From: an uncultured Eubacteriales bacterium
Lineage (GTDB): Bacteria > Bacillota > Clostridia > Oscillospirales > Acutalibacteraceae
NCBI GenBank assembly: GCA_964447545.1
Contig: CAYUTE010000008.1
Coordinates: forward strand, 1 to 48,037
Reading direction: 5' to 3'
Length of the DNA: 48,037 nucleotides
The position numbers and the translations under genes are program-made. This document shows positions 34,333-44,803 of the stretch, piece after piece (position 1 is the first letter of the stretch; the number at the start of each line of letters is the position of its first letter). The notes under the pieces were generated by a model, which saw only the letters and a list, made by a program, of their open reading frames with translations, was not told where the DNA came from and did not search any database.

Positions 34333-35475
34333 TTGGAAATAAAAATAGCACATTGTGCAGATATACATATTGGCGCCAGTTATACGGAGCTTGGTGAAAA
34401 ATCGTCAGTTATATCTCAGGAAATAAAAGATTCTTTTTTTAACATCCTAAACATATGCAAAAATGAAAATGTAGATGCTTTATTAATAGCAGGGGATCTG
34501 TTTGATGATGTAGACGTTTCTCAAAATGATGTAAAGCAAATCATTGGGCATATGGAAAATTGTGATTATAAAATTTTTATATCGCCGGGAAATCATGACC
34601 CATTTACAATAAATTCGCCTTATCAAATGTACAAGTGGCCGGAAAATGTTACAATTTTTGGTAGCAAAGAACTTGAACACGTGGAAATAAAAGATAAAAA
34701 CACATTGATTTGGGGCTGTGGATTTCAAGATAGGTATGAATACGAAAGTTTGTTAAAATCTGCAGGCGAAAAAGTGAAAGAATATAGCGATTATTTGAAT
34801 ATTTGTGTTATGCATGCAGATATAAACAATTCTGGTAGTAGTGATTATAATCCTATAACGATTTCCGAAATAAAAGATAGTAAATTCGATTATATCGCAT
34901 TAGGCCACGTTCATAAGAGAAGTGAAATTTCAAATCAATTTTTAACACACTATGCTTATTGTGGCAACCCTCAAGGTAGTGGATTTGACGAAACGGGAGA
35001 AAAAGGATTTTATATAGGTACAGTTAAAAAAGGCGTTTGTAATATTAATTTTATGAAGTTAAGTGAAAGAACTTTTGAAAACTTATCTATAGATATTTCA
35101 GACATAGAATATTTTGATTATGTGTATGAAAAAATCATAGGTTTTTTAAAAGAAAATTTCAAAGATACTTATAATTCAAACGCATATAGAATCACTTTAG
35201 AGGGAGCTATACCGGAAGATTTGGTAATAGATAAGGTGCTGCTAGAGCAGAAACTTCAAAAAGATATTTTTTATGTTAAAATTATCGATAATTCAGAAAT
35301 TAAAATAGATGAGAAAAAATTACAATTGAGAAAAGATTTAAAAAGTATATTTATTAGAAACATGCTTAATAAAATTCATAATTCGGCTGATAGTTCTGAA
35401 GTGAAAATAGCTAAAGAAGCACTTAAAATCGGGATTAAAGCTTTTAGAAAAGATGTGAAATATATTGATAATTAA
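34333..35475 (+). CDS. Metallophosphoesterase DNA-repair exonuclease, SbcD/YhaO-like
   Basis: HCADIHIG, GDLFD, GNHD, GHVH motifs. TTG start at 34333 lies 7 nt after GGAGGG. The ORF track starts at 34312. Confidence 0.75.
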   Translation: MEIKIAHCADIHIGASYTELGEKSSVISQEIKDSFFNILNICKNENVDALLIAGDLFDDVDVSQNDVKQIIGHMENCDYKIFISPGNHDPFTINSPYQMYKWPENVTIFGSKELEHVEIKDKNTLIWGCGFQDRYEYESLLKSAGEKVKEYSDYLNICVMHADINNSGSSDYNPITISEIKDSKFDYIALGHVHKRSEISNQFLTHYAYCGNPQGSGFDETGEKGFYIGTVKKGVCNINFMKLSERTFENLSIDISDIEYFDYVYEKIIGFLKENFKDTYNSNAYRITLEGAIPEDLVIDKVLLEQKLQKDIFYVKIIDNSEIKIDEKKLQLRKDLKSIFIRNMLNKIHNSADSSEVKIAKEALKIGIKAFRKDVKYIDN

Positions 35476-38074
35476 AAAAGTAAATATTAACTCATTCGGT
35501 AAAATTCATAATTACTCTCTTGATTTTTCTTCGGGCTTAAATGTGGTGTACGGTGAAAACGAATACGGAAAAACAACTATAATGAATTTTATAAAATTAA
35601 TGTTTTATGGCAAATGTGAAAAATCAAAAGTTTTAAGAGAAAAATATTTGCCATGGGACGGCTCGCAGATGTGTGGCAATATTGAATTTGAGCATGATAA
35701 AAAAATATATAGAGTGCAAAAAGAAATACATTCTCAAAGTCCATCTAAAGATAAAGTGCTTTTTCAAAATCTATCCTTAGGCGAAATTGTAAAATTAGGC
35801 AAAGGCCAAGAGGTTGGAGAATATCTTTTTGGAATAGATGTAAAATGTTTTGAAAGAAGCGCATATATAGCCAATATATCAAACATAGATTTTGCTATTA
35901 AATCGGGTGCCAAATCAAAAGATACGCTAAATGATAAAATTCTCTCAAACCTATCTGAAAGTGGGGAAGAAGATGTTTCTAAGAGCGACGTTATCAAGCG
36001 AATTAATGAAGCAATTACTGATTTGCGTGCTAAAAGAGGTTCTGGCGGGAAAATAGATATAGCAGAAATAGAAATCAGAAATTTAAAGCAAAAAATAAGC
36101 GATTTCGAAAATTTTGAAAAGTCCTCAAAAAATATAATAGAAGAGTTAAAAGATATAGAGAGCCTTAGAAAGGAAAGAGAAGAATTATCGGAAAAGCTCA
36201 GTTGTTTAGAAAGGGCTCACAAAAAAGAAAATATCAAAAAACTTATCTTGCTTTCACAGCAAAAAAGTGAACTTGAAAATCAGTTATTTAAGAGCGGATT
36301 TAAAAAAGATAATATTGAAAATCAATTATCTGAACTTAACAAACTTAAAGAAGAACTATTTTATGCGAAAAACGAGTTAAAAAACATTGAAAATTTAGTT
36401 GAGAAAAGCAAAAATGAGTTTTTAGAAATCTCGCCCCAAGAAAAAGAAAAATTGGCCACAAGTGTTAAAAAATCAGATAGTTTAAATCAGCGAATAAAAA
36501 AACTGCAGTATATTTTTGGTTTAGATATTGAGCAAACTCAAAGTTTTATTAAATCCGATTTTGGCTCTGAATCTCTTTTAGATGAAAACATACAAGAGAT
36601 ATTCAAAGAGTATAATAATCTAAAACGTACCGAGACTTTGGATGCAGAAACTGCAAATGATTTATCTAAAAAAATACAACAAAAAGAAAATCAGAGAATT
36701 CAAAAATTAGAACAAGTTTTAAAAGCCAAATCTTCATTTAATTCAAAAAAATTAGTTATAGTTTCATCGTTGGTAATATCAGTTATTTTGTCTTTAACTC
36801 TTATTTTTAGTGGATTAACCACGGCCGGATATTGCTTTTTGGCAATTACTATGTTGCTCGGATTTATAGGTGTGCTTTTTTTAAATAAGAATTTTAAAAC
36901 CCTAAAAGATCTAGAAAACGATATAGAATTAATAAATAATGAATTTGACAGTATGAATAATAAAGTTTCTGATGTGGATTTGAAAAACTCTGAAAGTCAG
37001 GCTGTTATTAATAACCTAATAAACAACTTAAAAATTAAAGAAAACATGTTAATCGAGAACGCAAAGTTGGAACTTTATGAAATTGATTCTGTAATCCAAA
37101 ACCTTTTATATGAGAAAAAATGCAGTAGTGTTGATGAGTTTTATTCGCAGTTCGCTAAAACAGAAAATTTCAAATTATTACTGAAGTCGAGAGAAGATTG
37201 CACCAAAAAAATAGATTTGATATATACAAAGTGTAAAGAGTATTCTAAATCAGAATCGCTTAATATAAATTTTGAAGATTTTTGCAATGAGATAGATCGC
37301 TTTGATAAATTGAATCGTAAATTAGAAGAAACTCAAAAATATATACAAAATTATTCCAAAGTTATTGGCATAAAAGAAGACGAACTATCTAATATAAAAG
37401 AAACCGACTACAACAATGATGAACGTTCGGAAACAGAAAATTTATCTGTAAACATATCCGAAATAAAAGAAAAATTAAACTACTTAAAAAGCTTGAATCT
37501 TGATGATAAATATTTGGATTTAAAAAATCAATTAGAGTATCATGGCGAAAGCGGACAATCTTTAAAAAATAAGCTTGTTGTTCAAAACCAAAAATTAGAG
37601 AGCATGAAAAGCTATTTTACTAGCTTAGAATTAGCGCTAGAAATATTGGAAGAATCTTCAGATGAACTGAAAAAAGGGTTTAATTCAAAACTTGATTTAA
37701 GAGCATCGCAGATATTTAAAAGTTTAACAAGCGGGAAATACGAAAAAGTATATATACAAAAAAATTATGGGTTATCAGTCGAGAGTGATGGAATAGTAAG
37801 GCTCTCAAACTCTTTCAGCAGTGGAACGGTCGACCAAGCTTATATTGCACTTAGAATAGCAATTAGCGAGTTTATATCTCCTGAAAATTCAATGCCGTTT
37901 TTGTTTGACGATTCATTCATGCAATGCGATGATGCCAGATTAAAAAATGCTATCGATTTTCTGAAAAACTACACTAAAAAAGAAAATCGGCAAGCGATAA
38001 TTTTCACTTGCCACAGTTATGTATCTAAACTCTGTGAGAACGATGTCCAAAATATTATGAATCTTCCCGCTTAA
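35465..38074 (+). CDS. SbcC/YhaN-like AAA ATPase with long coiled coil and a central pair of hydrophobic helices
   Basis: Walker A GENEYGKTT, C-terminal signature SSGTVDQ and Walker B FLFDDSFMQCD, heptad-rich middle. It overlaps the upstream nuclease gene by 11 nt. Confidence 0.7.
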   Translation: MIIKKVNINSFGKIHNYSLDFSSGLNVVYGENEYGKTTIMNFIKLMFYGKCEKSKVLREKYLPWDGSQMCGNIEFEHDKKIYRVQKEIHSQSPSKDKVLFQNLSLGEIVKLGKGQEVGEYLFGIDVKCFERSAYIANISNIDFAIKSGAKSKDTLNDKILSNLSESGEEDVSKSDVIKRINEAITDLRAKRGSGGKIDIAEIEIRNLKQKISDFENFEKSSKNIIEELKDIESLRKEREELSEKLSCLERAHKKENIKKLILLSQQKSELENQLFKSGFKKDNIENQLSELNKLKEELFYAKNELKNIENLVEKSKNEFLEISPQEKEKLATSVKKSDSLNQRIKKLQYIFGLDIEQTQSFIKSDFGSESLLDENIQEIFKEYNNLKRTETLDAETANDLSKKIQQKENQRIQKLEQVLKAKSSFNSKKLVIVSSLVISVILSLTLIFSGLTTAGYCFLAITMLLGFIGVLFLNKNFKTLKDLENDIELINNEFDSMNNKVSDVDLKNSESQAVINNLINNLKIKENMLIENAKLELYEIDSVIQNLLYEKKCSSVDEFYSQFAKTENFKLLLKSREDCTKKIDLIYTKCKEYSKSESLNINFEDFCNEIDRFDKLNRKLEETQKYIQNYSKVIGIKEDELSNIKETDYNNDERSETENLSVNISEIKEKLNYLKSLNLDDKYLDLKNQLEYHGESGQSLKNKLVVQNQKLESMKSYFTSLELALEILEESSDELKKGFNSKLDLRASQIFKSLTSGKYEKVYIQKNYGLSVESDGIVRLSNSFSSGTVDQAYIALRIAISEFISPENSMPFLFDDSFMQCDDARLKNAIDFLKNYTKKENRQAIIFTCHSYVSKLCENDVQNIMNLPA

Positions 38075-39278
38075 AATCAGAAAGTTTTAATTTGTCTATA
38101 TTCTGAATACCAAGAACATAAATTTTGTGGTCAGATATAGGCAATATTTTTTTGTAGTTTTCATCTGATTCAATATAACCATCGTAAGTTCCGTTAGTGT
38201 TATATGATATTATTTTGTCTCTCATTAAACATATTATTTTTTGGCCTGAAAATGTTAAGTCGGTAAAGTTATAGTTGGATTTTATATGTAAAGTTTCTTT
38301 TGCCTTCTCATCTAACCCAATTATTAAGTTTTCGGCATTCTCGTTTATTGATGATGCCAAATTTAAAAGTATAGAACCATCTTCATAGATCCTATAACAT
38401 TTAAGCGATTTTTCACCATAGTTTTTATTATATATTTGTTTGGAGTTAGGGTCTATAACTGCACAATATTCGTTTCCTATTGCAACAAAGTTGCCATCTA
38501 AAAAGTATTTTACTTTATTTACTATATTATCTTTTAGCTCGAACTGAGATTTTACTTTTTTTGATGCTGTATTTATCACAAATACATTAGAAAATGGATT
38601 GCCATTACGTGATGAAATTCCTGCTACTATTAATTCTGAAGATAAACTATTAAAATCTATATCTGTTATATAATGTTCGGAAAATGGAAGTTTGAATTTT
38701 AAAACATTGTTTTTATTGTAAACATTTAGCTCATACAGATATTTTTGAGATCGAGTTACCAGAGCATAGTCTCCGCCTTCAGATATTGCAGCTCCCATAA
38801 TTTCGTGTTCGGTTGTGCCACTATGAATGTTGCGAGCCATACCGACTATTTTAAAACTTTTTCCACCAAGGTCGAATATGATACTTCTATTACCGGACGA
38901 TTTTAAAATTGGTGTGCTAAAATTATGTTTTTCTTCTAACATTTTTTTGCCTTTTTTTGAAAACACGTTAAACGAATTATTACTCAAAGCCAATATGTAA
39001 CCATTTTTAAACTGGAAGTTTTCGGCCATTACTTTTTCGCCTTCAAACCTGCAAGGAAACTCGGATTTAACCGAGAAAGATTTTATCTTAGATTCAGACC
39101 ACAAAATTAAGTTATCTGGGTATAAATTCACTCTATTTGCCCAAGCAATTAAAAACAAGAAAGTTAATCCTAAAATAAAAATCACTTTTTTAATATCTTG
39201 AAAAACCTCGGACTCTTTTAGCTTTATTTTTAATGATTTTATATTTCTAATTAAATCTTCTTTCTGCAATTTTATCAC
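38055..39278 (-). CDS. Hypothetical membrane-anchored protein with repetitive beta-strand-rich (propeller-like) ectodomain
   Basis: 407 aa with one N-terminal TM (VIFILGLTFLFLIAWA). I can see no catalytic motif. The 3' end overlaps the convergent ATPase gene by 20 nt. Confidence 0.45.
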   Translation of the reverse strand: MIKLQKEDLIRNIKSLKIKLKESEVFQDIKKVIFILGLTFLFLIAWANRVNLYPDNLILWSESKIKSFSVKSEFPCRFEGEKVMAENFQFKNGYILALSNNSFNVFSKKGKKMLEEKHNFSTPILKSSGNRSIIFDLGGKSFKIVGMARNIHSGTTEHEIMGAAISEGGDYALVTRSQKYLYELNVYNKNNVLKFKLPFSEHYITDIDFNSLSSELIVAGISSRNGNPFSNVFVINTASKKVKSQFELKDNIVNKVKYFLDGNFVAIGNEYCAVIDPNSKQIYNKNYGEKSLKCYRIYEDGSILLNLASSINENAENLIIGLDEKAKETLHIKSNYNFTDLTFSGQKIICLMRDKIISYNTNGTYDGYIESDENYKKILPISDHKIYVLGIQNIDKLKLSDFKREDS

Positions 39279-39292
39279 ACCTTTTATTTTTA

Positions 39293-40063
39293 TTAATAAA
39301 AAACTTTGTTTAAATACAATCCTTGCGCCGGAGCCGTGGGTCCTGCGAGGCTGCGATTTTTAGCTTCTATTATTTTAGGTATATCATCGGGGGTTATTTT
39401 ATTTTGAGCAACTCTTAAAAGTGTGCCCACTATTATTCTTACCATATTATATAAAAAGCCGTCAGCAGTTACTCTTATTTCTATAATATCGCCTAACTTT
39501 TTTATATCAAATTCTTTAATGGTTCTTTCCATATTTTTGGGTTCTCTGGAATCGAGTGTTGCAAAAGAAGTAAAATCATGTTTGCCGTAAAAATGTTTTG
39601 AGGCCGATTTTAATTTTTCTATATCTATAGGGTACCAATAATGTAAAGCTCGTCCGCTTAAAAAAGGATTTTTGATTTTATTATTCCATATTTTATAAAT
39701 GTATTCTTTACCTTTACAAGAGTATCTTGCATGAAAATCTATGTTTTTTTCTTTACAATCTTTTACACAGATATCATCTGGTAAATGTCTGTTTAAAGCA
39801 AAAATAAAATTATCGCAGCTCATTTTGCTAATAGTTTTAAAGTTTATGATGTACATATTTGCGTGCACGCCGGTATCGGTGCGACTGCAACCTTTTATAT
39901 CTACTTTTTCTCCAATAACTTTATAAAGAGCGTTTTGAAAAATTTCTTGCACCGTTATAGCGTTTTTTTGAATTTGCCACCCGTGATAGTTTGTGCCAAC
40001 ATACGATATATTCAGGGCTATATTACGCTCTAAGTTGGTCAAATTTTTAATATTTTGTTGCAT
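39293..40063 (-). CDS. truA: tRNA pseudouridine(38-40) synthase TruA
   Basis: YVGTNYHGWQIQ, catalytic GCSRTDTGVHA, FLYNMVRIIVG. The exact start is uncertain. Confidence 0.9.
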   Translation of the reverse strand: MQQNIKNLTNLERNIALNISYVGTNYHGWQIQKNAITVQEIFQNALYKVIGEKVDIKGCSRTDTGVHANMYIINFKTISKMSCDNFIFALNRHLPDDICVKDCKEKNIDFHARYSCKGKEYIYKIWNNKIKNPFLSGRALHYWYPIDIEKLKSASKHFYGKHDFTSFATLDSREPKNMERTIKEFDIKKLGDIIEIRVTADGFLYNMVRIIVGTLLRVAQNKITPDDIPKIIEAKNRSLAGPTAPAQGLYLNKVFY

Positions 40064-40836
40064 ATCAAAACTCCAAAAATTATTAGCATGAATATTATAA
40101 AAAATATTATATCATATTTTTTGAATTTCAATTTTTTAAATTGCGTTCTTGGTGCATTGGGGTCATAACCACGTGAAGCCAACGCTTCTGAAAGGTTCAT
40201 TGCTTTTTTTACCGATAAAGCTATAACGGGTGGTATGATTTTTAAATATGCCCTGATTTTTTTGATAAGATTTTTATCTTTAAAGTTTGCTCCCCGAGTT
40301 TTTTGCGATATTATTACATTGCCAGTTTCGTTAGCTATTTCGGGAATGAATTTTAAAGCAATTGTAATGGTTGCTGTTATTTCTTGAACATTTATCTTAA
40401 AAAAGCCAAGCGGTTTCATAAAAAAATTCAACGCATCTTTAATTTGTTCTGTTGTGGTAGTAAAGACAAGTACTGAATTAGTAAAAATTAAACATAGTAT
40501 TCTAAAAAATATAACTAATGAATTAATGGTTATACTGGGTAAATCGACTTTTTGTTTGAACATATCAGATAAAAAGCTCGCTACCGCCATAAACAGCGCT
40601 GTAAAAACAAAAATGGAATTATACCGAAAAAACCGTCTTATAGGTAACAAAGAAAGCAAAACTAAGACTACTGAAATTAAAAATAATGCAGTTATTACAA
40701 ATAAGTCTTTTGGGAAAAATACGATTGCTGTAAAAATCCCAAATGATAAGATTTTAATTCTAGGGTCAAGTTTATGTATTATTGATTTTTTGCATAATAA
40801 ATCGTTTAAATTAGAATCTAAAATCAGTATCATCAT
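40039..40836 (-). CDS. ecfT: ECF transporter transmembrane (T) component
   Basis: 265 aa. HKLDPRIKIL start, multiple TMs, ARG-type coupling motif (SQKTRGANF...ALASRG). ecfA1-ecfA2-ecfT-truA synteny. Confidence 0.85.
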   Translation of the reverse strand: MMILILDSNLNDLLCKKSIIHKLDPRIKILSFGIFTAIVFFPKDLFVITALFLISVVLVLLSLLPIRRFFRYNSIFVFTALFMAVASFLSDMFKQKVDLPSITINSLVIFFRILCLIFTNSVLVFTTTTEQIKDALNFFMKPLGFFKINVQEITATITIALKFIPEIANETGNVIISQKTRGANFKDKNLIKKIRAYLKIIPPVIALSVKKAMNLSEALASRGYDPNAPRTQFKKLKFKKYDIIFFIIFMLIIFGVLICNKILKI

Positions 40837-41665
40837 CTCCAGACTTAAGTATTTTTAAAACTTTATCTTTAGCTTCATCAAGGGTAATAGCTACATTGGA
40901 TAAATCCTTATTATTTAGTTTATTATTTAATACGCGAGTTACTTTTTCTATTTGTGGCACATCTAGCCCTATTTGTTTTAATTCTTTGTACATACATAAA
41001 ATGTTTTTTGTGGGACCGTGTAAAAACTTTTCCCCGTTATTCATAACTAATATTTTATCAGATATTTCTGCAATTTCTTCTATAAAGTGAGATATGAAAA
41101 TTATAATGCATTTTTCTTGTTTATGGTATGCTTTCAAAGATTCAATCAAAGATTTTCTGGCATAGCCATCAAGCCCCGCTGTGGGTTCATCTAAAATAAG
41201 AATTTTAGGTTTTAAAGCTATTGCTCCGGCAATTGCGCACTTATGTTTTTCTCCGCCTGAAAGCAAGAACGGGGAACGATTGAGTAAATTTTTATCAATG
41301 TTCATAAGTTTAGCTGCTTCGTGTACTATTTTTTCTATTTCTTGTTTGCTTTTTCCTTGATTTTTTGGGCCAAAAGCAATATCTTCATACACAGTGTTTT
41401 CAAGCAACTGGACTTCCGGCGTTTGAAAAACTATAGATGTCCTGGGAGTGATATCGTTTTGGTTTGTTATATCTTTACCAAAAACATATACTTTACCGGA
41501 GTTTGGTTTTATTATTCCGGCTACAATATTTGCAAAAGTAGATTTACCGCAGCCGCTACGTCCTACAACACCCAATATTTCATTGGTGTCGATTTTCAAA
41601 TTTAAATTATTTACACCAAAACCGGCGTTGTTATAAGAATAATAAACATTTTTAAACTCTATCAT
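40811..41665 (-). CDS. ecfA2: ECF transporter ATPase component A2
   Basis: Walker A GRSGCGKST, signature LSGGEKHK, Walker B ILILDEPTAGLD. Confidence 0.9.
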   Translation of the reverse strand: MIEFKNVYYSYNNAGFGVNNLNLKIDTNEILGVVGRSGCGKSTFANIVAGIIKPNSGKVYVFGKDITNQNDITPRTSIVFQTPEVQLLENTVYEDIAFGPKNQGKSKQEIEKIVHEAAKLMNIDKNLLNRSPFLLSGGEKHKCAIAGAIALKPKILILDEPTAGLDGYARKSLIESLKAYHKQEKCIIIFISHFIEEIAEISDKILVMNNGEKFLHGPTKNILCMYKELKQIGLDVPQIEKVTRVLNNKLNNKDLSNVAITLDEAKDKVLKILKSGDDDTDFRF

Positions 41666-42525
41666 TTGTTTTTTACCATTACCTTAAGAATTTCATTTGC
41701 GCAATCATCTGCAGTTGCAGAGTTATGCAAATTTACGTTATATCCATGAGTTTTTATAAAATCCAGCAATAACGTTGATTCAAGCGGGAAAATATTTGAG
41801 GATTTTAAAAGATCTAAATCTGTAAATATATTGTTTGGAGTGTCAATTTTTTTGGTTTCTCCGTTATCTATTACAAGTATTTTTTTCGCCCTAATAGCTT
41901 CTGAAAGATTGTGGGTGATAAGAATAACAGTTATGTTTTTATTTTTATTTAAATCTTCAACTAGGTTCATTAGATTTTTTCTTTCTTGCGGGTCTAACAT
42001 CGATGTTGCTTCATCTAAAACTAATATATTCGGTTCCATGGCCAATATAGAGGCAAGTGTTAGTCTTTGTTTTTCTCCGCCTGAAAGAGAACTTGTGCTT
42101 CTCGATTCAAACCCAGTGAGATTAACCTGCGGAAGCACTTCTTTAATTTTTTTACTTATGTTTTCCGGGGGCATTCTAAGGTTTTCAAGCCCAAACGCGA
42201 TTTCTTCTTCAACATTTGAAGCGATAATTTGGTCATTGGGGTTTTGAAACATGAATCCAACAGTTTTAGGTATTTCTGGATAATTTTTAATATCCTTGGT
42301 GTTCATTCCATTTACAAACACGTCGCCAAAAGTTGGTAATAAAAGCCCGTTAATGTGTTTAACAAGTGTAGATTTACCACAACCCGTCGGCCCCATGATA
42401 CAAATAAAATCGCCCTGGTTTAACTGAAAATTTATTCTTTTTAAAATCGTTTTTTGACCGGTTTGATATGTTACATTTCTAAATTCAATAATAGGCAGAT
42501 TTGTTTTTAATGAGCGTTTTTCTAT
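41662..42525 (-). CDS. ecfA1: ECF transporter ATPase component A1; likely initiates at a non-canonical ATA codon
   Basis: Walker A GPTGCGKST, signature LSGGEKQR, Walker B ILVLDEATSMLD. The first Met (42396) lies inside the P-loop strand. The frame is open upstream to 42525 (IEKRSLKTNLPIIEFRNVTYQTG...), where ATA lies 5 nt after GAGGTGA and just after an in-frame TAA. Confidence 0.8.
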   Translation of the reverse strand: MEKRSLKTNLPIIEFRNVTYQTGQKTILKRINFQLNQGDFICIMGPTGCGKSTLVKHINGLLLPTFGDVFVNGMNTKDIKNYPEIPKTVGFMFQNPNDQIIASNVEEEIAFGLENLRMPPENISKKIKEVLPQVNLTGFESRSTSSLSGGEKQRLTLASILAMEPNILVLDEATSMLDPQERKNLMNLVEDLNKNKNITVILITHNLSEAIRAKKILVIDNGETKKIDTPNNIFTDLDLLKSSNIFPLESTLLLDFIKTHGYNVNLHNSATADDCANEILKVMVKNK

Positions 42526-42537
42526 TTAAATCACCTC

Positions 42538-43407
42538 TTAAAACTTATCTTTGTGCCAAATTGCAGTAGCTCCCGCGGGCATGGCGATACCAGATGAAGT
42601 AACGGGAATACCTATTTCATCAACAGTCACGTATCCGCCGCGTTTCTTTTGAATAATTGATGATAGTAAATATCCCATAACAGAAGGGGAGAGGCCCGCT
42701 GAATATGAATTTATTACAAAAAACTTGGCATCATCTGAAAGTACTTTCTCACAAAGCGATACAAACGAATAAATATTTTCTTCTATTTTCCAAATCTCAC
42801 CTTTTGGACCTCTGCCATAAGAAGGAGGGTCCATTATCAATCCATCATATGTATTTCCTCGTTTTATTTCACGAGTAACAAACTTTTCGCAGTCATCAAC
42901 CATCCAGCGAATTTCATCTCCGGCGAGCCCCGAAAGGGCTGCATTTTCTTTTGCCCACAACGTCATACCTTTAGAGGCGTCTACATGGCAAACTTTTGCC
43001 CCTGCTTTAGCACATGCTACGCTGGCGGCACCGGTATAAGCAAACAAGTTTATTATATTTAATTTTTTGTTTTGATTTTTAATTATATTTCTAACCAAAT
43101 CCCAGTTTACGGCTTGCTCTGGAAATATTCCGGTATGTTTGAAGTTCATAAGTTTAATATTAAATTTTAAGTCTTTATATGATATACTCCATGATTCCGG
43201 AATTTTATTTTTTATTTTCCACTTTCCACCGCCTGTATTAGACCTATAATATATGGCATCATAATCATTCCAAAGCGGATTATCTTTGGGAGTGTTCCAT
43301 ATTATTTGTGGGTCGGGGCGCACTAGAATTATATTGCCCCAACGTTCCAAACGTTGGCCGCTTGAGGTATCGATTAATTCATAGTCTTTCCAAGATGTAG
43401 CTCTCAT
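42538..43407 (-). CDS. Class I SAM-dependent methyltransferase (RlmI/RlmK-like catalytic domain, no PUA)
   Basis: SAM-binding NLFAYTGAASVA, catalytic DPPSYG. 289 aa. Confidence 0.7.
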   Translation of the reverse strand: MRATSWKDYELIDTSSGQRLERWGNIILVRPDPQIIWNTPKDNPLWNDYDAIYYRSNTGGGKWKIKNKIPESWSISYKDLKFNIKLMNFKHTGIFPEQAVNWDLVRNIIKNQNKKLNIINLFAYTGAASVACAKAGAKVCHVDASKGMTLWAKENAALSGLAGDEIRWMVDDCEKFVTREIKRGNTYDGLIMDPPSYGRGPKGEIWKIEENIYSFVSLCEKVLSDDAKFFVINSYSAGLSPSVMGYLLSSIIQKKRGGYVTVDEIGIPVTSSGIAMPAGATAIWHKDKF

Positions 43408-43408
43408 A

Positions 43409-44770
43409 TTACAAATTTTCCTTTATATTATTTATTGCTTCTTCCATCAAAGTATTTAGCATTTCAGTGTTTTCATGCTCAATCATTACGCGTATTTTTG
43501 GTTCTGTGCCAGATTCTCTAATTACTGCTTTACCTTTATTTCCGATTTTTTCTTTTAGATTTTTAATATAATCTTGAATTTTATCGTTATTTTTTAAAGC
43601 GCCTTTTTGACCGGGGAGTATGTCTATCGTTTTTAAAACTTGCGGATACTTTTTCATTAAATCTCTAATTTCAGATGCTTTTTTGCCGGAGTTAGAGATT
43701 ATATTTAAAACTTGAACTGCTGTAAGTTCTCCATCTCCGGTGGTTGAGTAATCCAAGAAAATCATATGCCCTGATTGCTCTGCACCTACGCAGAAACCGC
43801 CCTCCAACATTCTTTGAAGAACATATCTATCGCCAACTTTGGTTTCTTCGAGATTTATTGAGTTTTCGTCACAGAATTTTTTTAATCCGGCATTGGACAT
43901 TATAGTTCCTACGGCAGTATTGTTTTTTAGTTTGTTTTGATTTTTTAGATGTTTGGCACATATAGCAAGAATTATGTCTCCATCTATAATTCTTCCTGTT
44001 TCGTCTGTCATCAAACATCTGTCTGCATCTCCATCAAAAGCTATGCCTAAATCGTAACCATTGCCTACAACGTATTCGGCTAATTTTTCTATGCAGGTTG
44101 AACCACAACTTTCGTTTATGTTTTTGCCGTCCGGAGTGATATTTAAAAATGTTAAATTATCCACTCCCACTAGGGTAAATATTTGCTTTGCCGTAGCAGA
44201 TGCGGAACCGTTTGAACAATCTATTGCAATTTTCATATTAGTATTTATTTTTTCGTCTACAGTTCCCGCTACGTAATTAACGTAATCGTTTACGGCTTGA
44301 CTGTGTATATTTTCAGAATTATAAACTTCTTTGTTATTATGTTTATTGCAGGTTAATGAACTTAATTCCTCATCTATTATTTTTTCAATTTCGTTTTCGG
44401 TTTCATCAGGGAGTTTAAACCCGTTTCTATCAAATATTTTTATTCCGTTAAATTGATATGGGTTGTGTGATGCGGAAATCATAATTCCTGCATCTGCGTT
44501 GTATTTTTTGACCAAGAACGCAACTGCCGGAGTAGGGACGACGCCCAACGAAACACCTTCCGCGCCTTCTTGGGTTATTCCTTCTAAAAGAGCAGATTCA
44601 AGCATATCTCCGGATTCACGAGTGTCTTTTCCTATTAGAATCTTGGCTTTTTTATCTTTTGTGTTTGTTAAAACTTTTGATACTCCTTTTCCTGTAGCAA
44701 GCGCAAGCTCATAAGAAAGTTCTTCTCCTGCAATTCCTCTTATTCCGTCTGTTCCAAAATATTTACCCAC
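43409..44770 (-). CDS. glmM: Phosphoglucosamine mutase
   Basis: MGKYFGTDGIRG, active-site SASHNP, DGDADR, GEQSGH. Confidence 0.95.
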   Translation of the reverse strand: MGKYFGTDGIRGIAGEELSYELALATGKGVSKVLTNTKDKKAKILIGKDTRESGDMLESALLEGITQEGAEGVSLGVVPTPAVAFLVKKYNADAGIMISASHNPYQFNGIKIFDRNGFKLPDETENEIEKIIDEELSSLTCNKHNNKEVYNSENIHSQAVNDYVNYVAGTVDEKINTNMKIAIDCSNGSASATAKQIFTLVGVDNLTFLNITPDGKNINESCGSTCIEKLAEYVVGNGYDLGIAFDGDADRCLMTDETGRIIDGDIILAICAKHLKNQNKLKNNTAVGTIMSNAGLKKFCDENSINLEETKVGDRYVLQRMLEGGFCVGAEQSGHMIFLDYSTTGDGELTAVQVLNIISNSGKKASEIRDLMKKYPQVLKTIDILPGQKGALKNNDKIQDYIKNLKEKIGNKGKAVIRESGTEPKIRVMIEHENTEMLNTLMEEAINNIKENL

Positions 44771-44803
44771 TGTAATTTATTCCTCCAAAATTTTATTACT
44801 TAT

